Source of the DNA: Polyangiales bacterium
Lineage (GTDB): Bacteria; Myxococcota_A; Polyangia; Polyangiales; Polyangiaceae
Length of the DNA: 24,072 nucleotides
NCBI GenBank assembly: GCA_038230375.1
Contig: JBBRNJ010000112.1
Location: 1 to 24,072, forward strand
Direction of reading: 5' to 3'
The position numbers were made by a program, and so were the translations under genes. This document shows positions 17,872 through 24,072 of the stretch, one piece after another. The notes below the pieces were generated by a model. That model ran no database searches. It was not told the origin of the DNA and saw nothing but the letters and a program-made list of their open reading frames with translations. How positions within the stretch are numbered: position 1 is the first letter of the stretch; the number at the start of each line of letters is the position of its first letter.

Positions 17872-18995
17872 GCCATCTCGGCGAACGTCGTCAGGGTCAT
17901 GGTCTGGTTGTGCAGCTGTCCGCCACGACCGTCGCGCGGCGAAATTTCGCCGTATGAATAGAATCCAGCGAGCGCACACGCGGGCGGCAGAGCCTCCTTG
18001 ACCGCGGTGAGCTCGTCTTCGGTGCGGCTGCCGAGCACCAGGCGCCTGCCTACGCAGCTCACGGCGATGCACGCGGAAGCCGGGACTGCGAGCGCGGTGG
18101 CCAGAGCGGCCTCCTGCGCTGCCTGGACCAGGCGGTCCACGTTCGCCCGCATCAGCTGCGCCAGTGCGCCCGTGGGCATGTCACCAGCGAACGTGAGTGA
18201 ACGGTCTTCGGTCGAGTGCTTCAGGATGGTGCGCACGAGCTGCTCCGTGCTGCTCCGGTCCTTGCGGATGGCGATCGGATAAAGAAGCGCTGTCGCCGGA
18301 AGCCCCACGGCGAGCTCGCCGAGATATCGCTCGTACACGTCGAGAGCCGGCCGGTTGTCTAGCTCGTACAGCACGTTGTCTTTCGAGCGCGTGATGCGAC
18401 GCTCCGGTCCGAACTTATCCCAGCCGCCCTTGCTACCGTGCCCTACGCGCAGGGCGTCCCCGTAGAAGCCAATGGCGCTCGCCACGCCAGATAGGGGCTT
18501 GCCACCAGCGAGCACCCACGTCTTCTGGAAGCGTGTTCCATCGCCCGCGAGACCGCCGGATGTGGGCACTGACTCGAGCACGCCGCCAAGGCCGGCCGTG
18601 AGCTGCGTGCCGTTGACTTCGAGTCCATCGGAGAGCACGAACACGGCACGAAGATCCTCCGCTCGCAGCGCGCGCCCCATCCGCGCGCCCACCTCGCTCG
18701 AGTCATCCGCGGAGAGCCGGTCCTCCACGACGCGCACGCGCGTGCGCTCGAACTGGATGACCAAAATGGAGAGTGACTCGTCCTCGACCGACCCGTCGTG
18801 GATCTCACCAGCGGTGGAGCAGCCGATGATCGCGGACGTCGGGAATGCCGCACGGAGCGCCGCCCATGGCTCGCCGTCGTGAAGGTACGATGACGCGCCG
18901 AACGTGAAGACAACGGTGCTCTCGCTGTCGTGGTCAGCTGCAAGCGGCCGCACCCATCCCGAGCTCCGAGCATACGCGTTCGATATCACCCGCAT
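17856..18995 (-). CDS. FIST domain signal-transduction protein
   Basis: Start re-called at MRVISN (18995); IIGCSTAGEI, SGGLAGDG, HGSKGGW, LYELDNRPAL, SCVGRR, GFYSYGEI, LHNQTMT; overlaps the kinase start. Confidence 0.93.
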   Translation of the reverse strand: MRVISNAYARSSGWVRPLAADHDSESTVVFTFGASSYLHDGEPWAALRAAFPTSAIIGCSTAGEIHDGSVEDESLSILVIQFERTRVRVVEDRLSADDSSEVGARMGRALRAEDLRAVFVLSDGLEVNGTQLTAGLGGVLESVPTSGGLAGDGTRFQKTWVLAGGKPLSGVASAIGFYGDALRVGHGSKGGWDKFGPERRITRSKDNVLYELDNRPALDVYERYLGELAVGLPATALLYPIAIRKDRSSTEQLVRTILKHSTEDRSLTFAGDMPTGALAQLMRANVDRLVQAAQEAALATALAVPASACIAVSCVGRRLVLGSRTEDELTAVKEALPPACALAGFYSYGEISPRDGRGGQLHNQTMTLTTFAEMACTPS

Positions 18996-19124
18996 TGATC
19001 CATAGAACGTCACTTGAGCGCTGGGCTCAAGCTCAGCGGCGTGGCAATTCTTCTGACCACCCTCATGCGGGACCTTTTGCCCCACTCCGCCGAGGTAGAG
19101 TGCCGAGCCAACATGAGCGAGAAA

Positions 19125-19160
19125 GAGCGCGTGGGTAAAAGAAGGGCCGTTTCGGTCCGC
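19125..19160. repeat. 36-bp direct repeat, copy 2
   Basis: GAGCGCGTGGGTAAAAGAAGGGCCGTTTCGGTCCGC; same orientation as copy 1. Confidence 0.9.
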
Positions 19161-19300
19161 TGCGAGGCGCCCTTGCGGAGCGCGCCCGCATGCGCCCGCG
19201 GAGCTAGACGCGCTGACTCGCGAGCTCTGGGATCGTCGCGTCAGCCAGCATCGCCCTGATGATGGCCCCGCATTTTGCCCGCACGCGCGGCGTTCATGCA

Positions 19301-20983
19301 TCAGGGCGCGAACGTGTTTGTGACGACGTCCGCAGTGTCCAACGGCGTGCCGAAGCCCGCCGAGAGGTCGATGAGATCCCACGGCGCCGCGTTTGCCGTG
19401 ACGACAGCGAAGTAGGTTGCGCCGTTCACGAGCACCCCTGCCGGAACGCGGAACGACGTCGTTGGTGCATAGACATAGGCGTCTGCGACCGGCGTGAGCA
19501 CCGTCGCGCCGCCAACGTTCTCCACTTTGATGATCTCGATCGAATACGACGTCGCGGCGCCAACCACAGGCGCCGTCCACGTGACATTCGGCGTGGTCGT
19601 CACGCCCGCCTGCGCGGCGAACGCGTCGAGCCCGTTCACGCGCGGCGCTTTCGGCGGGCTGATCAACGGAGCGAATGCCGTTGCGGTGACGGACGCGCGT
19701 GAGCTTGCGAGCCGCGCGACCTGCGCGCTCGGCGTGGCGCCCGCAGCCGTGAACGAGACCTTGAACGAGAAATTCAGGCTCGTGTACTCCTTGTAGCGCG
19801 CATCAAGGAACTGTCCGTACGCCAGCGCGCCGTAGTCGTAGTCTGCGAACGGGACGCCACCATCCGGGGCGCCAGCGTCTGCGAACGCAGTGCCCGAAGA
19901 CACATCGACACCAAGATCCAGCAAGCGCGCGCTCCCGATGCCGGGCAGATATGGGAATCCGTTGCCGTACGGTTGCGCGAAGATCGCGATGCTGAGGGCC
20001 GACGGCGTCGCGTTCGGATTGACCGCGGTCGTCAGCGCGGCGAATTGCGTGTAATGTACATTTATCGCTGCGCTGCCCGTTTGGGCTGCGGCAACGAGCG
20101 GGACCGACTCCGCGTTGGCGACGCCGTCCGTGACGGTGAGGTCCGTGAGCTTCGCATACTGCGTGATGTACCTCAGGATGCCAGACGCGGGTGCAGCGCC
20201 CACTGTCGTCCTCGTGCCCGTCGAGACGTAGACGACGTCGTTCTTCGCCGCGACCGGAAGCCCCGCCGGCCATTGTCCGAATTCGCTGGTCTGCCAATCG
20301 ACGATCGGGCTCGCGCTGGTCGCGTTCGCGGCCGGCTGGGTCACACCGCCGACGTTGAACGGTCTCAGGTTCACTCCGCCTTGCGAGCTCACGATGTCGA
20401 GCACGCTGCCCTTCACCCATGGGTCAAGGCCCGTGATGTTGAACGTGATCGGCGTTGACTGCGTGACGAACGTGAGATCCGCGCGCCCGGGCCGGAACGC
20501 ACCGAGCGACAGCGTGTCCGCGACGCAATCCTGGAAGAATGGCAAGCCCGCGTTCGTCAAAACCAGGAAGTAGTGGCCTAGCGGCACATTGGACGCGCTG
20601 AATGTGCCGCTTGCCGCGGCGAGCATGACCGGGATGGTCGTGTAGCCAGTTCCAGCCGGAACCAGCACCGCGAGCGTCTCTCCCGCAGGCGCTGCGCGCG
20701 GCTTCATCGACTTCGTCAGATCGTCCTGCTCGAACGTGTCTACGTAGGCGCCCGTGACGGTGCGCAGGCCCGCGTCAGAGCCCGAATCGGTCACGCCCGC
20801 GTCGACCATCCCCACGGGACCGCTGTCGAGTGGTCTCACGAAACCGCCGTCGCTCGCCGTCGCGTCGACGCCTTCGCCTCCATCCGTGCCCGCGCCAGTC
20901 GGTGAGCTACTGCTCGAGCAGCTCCATACCAGCGCGAACGTAGTCGCCGATGCGGCGGTCACGAAGAATCCCCGTTTCCACAT
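19301..20983 (-). CDS. Large beta-rich lipoprotein with C-terminal FN3-like domain
   Basis: Lipobox LVWSC; DGG/DAG/DSG linker; C-terminal VTWTAP..ATSYSI..LVNGATYFAVVTA. Confidence 0.8.
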   Translation of the reverse strand: MWKRGFFVTAASATTFALVWSCSSSSSPTGAGTDGGEGVDATASDGGFVRPLDSGPVGMVDAGVTDSGSDAGLRTVTGAYVDTFEQDDLTKSMKPRAAPAGETLAVLVPAGTGYTTIPVMLAAASGTFSASNVPLGHYFLVLTNAGLPFFQDCVADTLSLGAFRPGRADLTFVTQSTPITFNITGLDPWVKGSVLDIVSSQGGVNLRPFNVGGVTQPAANATSASPIVDWQTSEFGQWPAGLPVAAKNDVVYVSTGTRTTVGAAPASGILRYITQYAKLTDLTVTDGVANAESVPLVAAAQTGSAAINVHYTQFAALTTAVNPNATPSALSIAIFAQPYGNGFPYLPGIGSARLLDLGVDVSSGTAFADAGAPDGGVPFADYDYGALAYGQFLDARYKEYTSLNFSFKVSFTAAGATPSAQVARLASSRASVTATAFAPLISPPKAPRVNGLDAFAAQAGVTTTPNVTWTAPVVGAATSYSIEIIKVENVGGATVLTPVADAYVYAPTTSFRVPAGVLVNGATYFAVVTANAAPWDLIDLSAGFGTPLDTADVVTNTFAP

Positions 20984-21148
20984 CTACCGAGTAGATACCA
21001 AATATCGAGACACGGGAAGAATCCCGCGGGGTGCCAGCACATTCGACGCGCTTCCTCGCGCCGTGTCCCCGTCCACTCGAAGTGACACGATCGGCGAGCA
21101 GCCAAGCATCACGCCGAGAAGAAGCACTGCGGCGGTGCAGCTGTTCAT
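20984..21148 (-). CDS. Possible small lipoprotein or gene remnant (54 aa)
   Basis: GAGG upstream, MNSCTAAVLLLGVMLGC signal/lipobox; the stop abuts the next gene's ATG. Confidence 0.3.
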   Translation of the reverse strand: MNSCTAAVLLLGVMLGCSPIVSLRVDGDTARGSASNVLAPRGILPVSRYLVSTR

Positions 21149-21212
21149 CGCGACCTCGCGTCGAACCATCGCGGGCAGCTGACACCAGTCGCCGGTTTGC
21201 TAGACTGGAGAC

Positions 21213-21791
21213 GTGGCGGCCGATCCGGCAAAGAAGCGCGCGACCTACGCAGACGTCCTGGCAGCGCCTCCGCACATGACGGCAGAGGTGCTCGACGGCG
21301 AGCTGCACCTGATGCCAAGGCCCGCGCGGAAGCACCTTCGCAGTGTGTCGGGGCTGGGAGCGATGCTCTACATGTCCTTCGACGCCGGCGTGAACGGACC
21401 GGGTGGCTGGACCATCCTGGACGAGCCGGAGCTCCACCTGGGGCCCGAGCCCGACATCCTGGTGCCGGACCTTGGAGGCTGGCGGTCGGGTCGCCTGGTC
21501 GAGAAGGACGATGAAGATCCGCCGTTCATCACCGTCATTCCAGACTGGGTCTGCGAGATCCTCTCGCCGGGAACGGCTCGTGTCGATCGCCTGAAAAAGA
21601 TGCGCATCTATGCGCGAGAGCGCATCCAGTACGTGTGGCTGAGCGATCCGCGCGAGCGCATCGTGGAGGTCTATCGCTTCGGTGATGCCGCCTACACGCT
21701 CGTGGGTGCGTTTGGCGGCGACGATGCGCTCACCGCGGAGCCCGTCGAGGCCGTCACCATCCCGACGTCGATCATGTGGGGTCAGAAGTAG
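21213..21791 (+). CDS. Uma2 (DUF820) family PD-(D/E)xK endonuclease-like protein
   Basis: AEVLDGEL..P..H, EPELHLG, LVPDLGGWR, PDWVCEILSPGT..DRLKKM..YA..VWLSDP. Confidence 0.93.
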   Translation: MAADPAKKRATYADVLAAPPHMTAEVLDGELHLMPRPARKHLRSVSGLGAMLYMSFDAGVNGPGGWTILDEPELHLGPEPDILVPDLGGWRSGRLVEKDDEDPPFITVIPDWVCEILSPGTARVDRLKKMRIYARERIQYVWLSDPRERIVEVYRFGDAAYTLVGAFGGDDALTAEPVEAVTIPTSIMWGQK

Positions 21792-21826
21792 GGGTCGCGT
21801 TGGCCATGGTCTCAGTCGCATGACGA

Positions 21827-21994
21827 CTACTGGCAGATCGCGATTCCGTAACCCGGGTACGGGGTGCCCGCGCCCACGCACGTCAGGGCACCGCACTCCG
21901 CCGGGCCCGTACAGAGCTGACGTGTCCCAGCGCCACACGAGGCCTGGCAAAGTCCGTGGTGCAGGGTGGGCCGCATCGCTCCCGAGTGCTGCAT
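21827..21994 (-). other. Short Cys-rich ORF or gene remnant ending CQASCGAGTRQLCTGPAECGALTCVGAGTPYPGYGIAICQ
   Basis: Translated by hand; 6 Cys in the last 40 aa; in-frame ATGs at 21994 and 21976; in-frame stop upstream at 22058-22060. Confidence 0.45.
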
Positions 21995-22069
21995 TTTCCG
22001 GCCGCTCGAACACGTCCGCCTTGGCGCGGCGAGCTCGCTGCAGGGGGGTTTGCGTCTCTATGCGGCGCG

Positions 22070-22104
22070 CGACAGTCGGCGGAGGGTCTTGCTTTGCCAG
22101 AACG
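22070..22104. repeat. About 35-bp dispersed repeat, copy 2
   Basis: CGACAGTCGGCGGAGGGTCTTGCTTTGCCAGAACG; matches 2753-2788. Confidence 0.85.
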
Positions 22105-22217
22105 GTGGACCACGCGCGGGCGTGCGCACAGGGAGCGCCGTCGTCTGCACCCGCTCCTGCTTCTCTTCGCGCGCGGGAATCTTCACGCAACCGTGAGCAC
22201 GGTACCTGTCGCAGGGC

Positions 22218-22282
22218 GCGATCACAGCCACGTGTGATCCGCGATCACAGCCACGTGTGATCGTCAGCTGCCGATGGCCTTC
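22218..22282. repeat. 65-bp dispersed element, copy 2
   Basis: GCGATCACAGCCACGTGTGATCC, GCGATCACAGCCACGTGTGATCG, then TCAGCTGCCGATGGCCTTC. Confidence 0.9.
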
Positions 22283-22519
22283 TTCAGGAGGGATCGTGGC
22301 TTCCTTGCCGACAATGCTCCACACGCCGTTTCGGGCTGGGCGTTGGGTCGGTCTGTCCCATTGTGGGTTTGATGAAATGAAGGCGCGCGTATGCTGGGGC
22401 GGTCTCATCCGACAGCGCCGCATCGATCATCGCGCGCGGATCGAGTTACTGCTCGACCTCGACGAGCGTGCACGCCACAATCTGAGCCCGACCCTCGGGA
22501 GGGATGCTGGAGGATGCTC

Positions 22520-23935
22520 ATGCCGGAACGGACTACGGGCTGGATCGTGCGGCGCGCGTCCTTCGCGGTGATTCTGAGCGCCTTTGCTTGCGCTCCCGAC
22601 CGTTCTGAAAACCTCGGCACGACATCGGAGAATCTCTGGGGCAACCAGGTCCGCATCGATGACGACACGCCGAATGCCAACGTCGTGGTCGCCATCGACA
22701 AGCACACGGGCACGGGCATCTTCATCACGCCAAAGATCGTTCTGACGGCGGCTCACGTGGTGAACGGCGCAGCCGACAAGGGCTGCAATCCTGGTGTGAG
22801 CAACATCAACATCGGACAAAATACTTCTGCGGTCGACCCCGTCACGGGGTTGGCGTGGACTCGGTCCCTCGCGCTGGCCACCGAGCCTCCTGCCACGCTG
22901 GTGAGCGGCTGCGTGGATACCGGTCCCGTCGGCAACAGCGAGGAAGGCATCGACGTCGCCCTCCTGTACCTCAACAATCAGGACATCGAGCCGTTCGTCG
23001 AGAAGGTCGCGTTCCACCGGCCATCGTTCGCACGCCCGGTGCCGTTTCAGGAGGGCGCTGACGTTGCCGGCTGGTCGCAGCTGGGACCCGATATCAGCGG
23101 TTTTCCCGGATCACAGGGCGGTACCATCAACCCGCAAATGAACTTTCGAATGCTTGGGTTGCCGAACTTTTTCAATGGCAGTCCCAACCCCGTGGATGGA
23201 GCTCCAGATGACCACGGGCACCACTGGTCGTGGCAGTGGGATGGCTCCGTTCCAAACCTGCGCGGTACCGCGAGCGGCTCCGTGGCCGTTGCCCCCGGCG
23301 ACTCGGGTGGGCCGCTGTTTACGGAGCGTGGATGGCGCGATCCCATCGGGGTGCTGCACGGCGTGACCTACTGCAAAGACACTATTGCCGGAGTGGTCGT
23401 GCCCACTCCATTCGCGTGCATACTATGGGCTGACATTACGGCGCCGTCGACCACTGACTGGATTCGGGCGCACGCCCTCGATAGCGCAGTTCATAGTTCA
23501 TCGAGTCCCACCGGCGGCACCGGACACTCTTCCACCTGGCTCAGGAATCACCGCCGCGACAGAGCAGACTTCTGGTTCGGCGAGGTCGACTGGGCCGATG
23601 GTGGTTCTTGCGACAAGTCGCGCGACTTCGATTGCGACCACTGGTACGATGAGAACGACAACTGTCCCTACGTGCCGAACACCGCGCAGATTGATTCGAA
23701 CGACGACGGATTCGGCGACGCCTGCAGTCCGTGCCCGTGCGACATCGGCAATGATCGGGACGGTGACGGCGTCTGCGAACATTGTGACCCGGTACGGGGC
23801 AAGGTGCTCGGCGACAACGCCGCCGTCTCCGCCATGCTCGACCGGCTCCTCCACCACGCTCACGTGCTCAAGTGCGGACCCAGGAGCTACCGGACACACC
23901 GAGCGGACTTGTCAGTGGTGGTCGCGGAGAGCTAA
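22520..23935 (+). CDS. Lipoprotein S1 (trypsin-like) serine protease with thrombospondin type-3 repeats, truncated and fused to an IstB fragment
   Basis: GGAGG 6 nt before ATG 22520; lipobox SAFAC; LTAAH, DVALL, GDSGGP triad; DNCPYVPN.AQIDSNDDGFGDAC and DRDGDGVC repeats. Confidence 0.85.
   Translation: MPERTTGWIVRRASFAVILSAFACAPDRSENLGTTSENLWGNQVRIDDDTPNANVVVAIDKHTGTGIFITPKIVLTAAHVVNGAADKGCNPGVSNINIGQNTSAVDPVTGLAWTRSLALATEPPATLVSGCVDTGPVGNSEEGIDVALLYLNNQDIEPFVEKVAFHRPSFARPVPFQEGADVAGWSQLGPDISGFPGSQGGTINPQMNFRMLGLPNFFNGSPNPVDGAPDDHGHHWSWQWDGSVPNLRGTASGSVAVAPGDSGGPLFTERGWRDPIGVLHGVTYCKDTIAGVVVPTPFACILWADITAPSTTDWIRAHALDSAVHSSSSPTGGTGHSSTWLRNHRRDRADFWFGEVDWADGGSCDKSRDFDCDHWYDENDNCPYVPNTAQIDSNDDGFGDACSPCPCDIGNDRDGDGVCEHCDPVRGKVLGDNAAVSAMLDRLLHHAHVLKCGPRSYRTHRADLSVVVAES
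23795..23935 (+). mobile_element. istB: IS21-family IstB ATPase C-terminal fragment
   Basis: GKVLGDNAAVSAMLDRLLHHAHVLKCGPRSYR matches the IstB/DnaC C-terminal consensus WG.vfGD...a.AiLDRLLHHa.v....G.SYR. Confidence 0.8.
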
Positions 23936-24072
23936 TTCTACTGCGGGAAGTTGCGTCCCAGTTCTCAGTTCCGTTCGGGCTTGCGCGCGGCAGCGTGAAA
24001 AACGCGGCGGGGCCGCTGTCAGGGCCCCTGAAGCGAACGAGCGACGCTTGGCGTCTGTTGCTCGCTGCCGCC

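Noticed and set aside
17872..18072. ORF-track N-terminal extension of the histidine kinase
   Set aside because: Lies within the FIST gene; the plausible start is MHPLLKRQL at 17871.
18996..19580. ORF-track N-terminal extension of the FIST gene
   Set aside because: Crosses the intergenic repeat and the upstream gene; the FIST domain begins at 18995.
21213..21791. Uma2 as part of a defence or mobile system
   Set aside because: Standalone Uma2 genes are common in myxobacteria and no partner genes are adjacent.
20907..22190. 427-aa minus-strand ORF
   Set aside because: Antisense to Uma2 and runs across repeats; no recognisable motifs.
23936..24072. IS21 right terminal inverted repeat
   Set aside because: No convincing repeated end motifs or matching left end could be identified by eye.

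Overview
GC-rich DNA with myxobacterial (Polyangiales-like) gene content; the taxon is inferred from gene types. Left to right: the 5' part of a small membrane-protein gene with an apparent frameshift; an internally duplicated Imm11-like/26-aa-repeat protein; lipoproteins; a minus-strand HlyD + C39-peptidase ABC transporter + second ABC transporter operon; a Ser/Thr kinase + TPR/PEGA-like pair; a 7-repeat FG-GAP lipoprotein; a 43-aa peptide gene absent from the ORF track and coupled to a JmjC/cupin oxygenase; a FIST + hybrid histidine kinase pair flanked by a 36-bp direct repeat; a large lipoprotein; a Uma2 nuclease; and a trypsin-like/TSP3 protease fused in frame to an IS21 IstB C-terminal fragment. 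The most interesting candidate is a putative RiPP system: precursor MKKSEKPAKTPAVKVRSNAVRVKTNVRAG/DLYMQNPRGNNDPS, a JmjC oxygenase as the only visible tailoring enzyme, and a peptidase-containing exporter 4.7 kb away. There are also three families of dispersed intergenic repeats and a recurring extended -10 element 6-8 nt upstream of start codons, suggesting leaderless mRNAs. All calls come from motif reading only; no searches were run.
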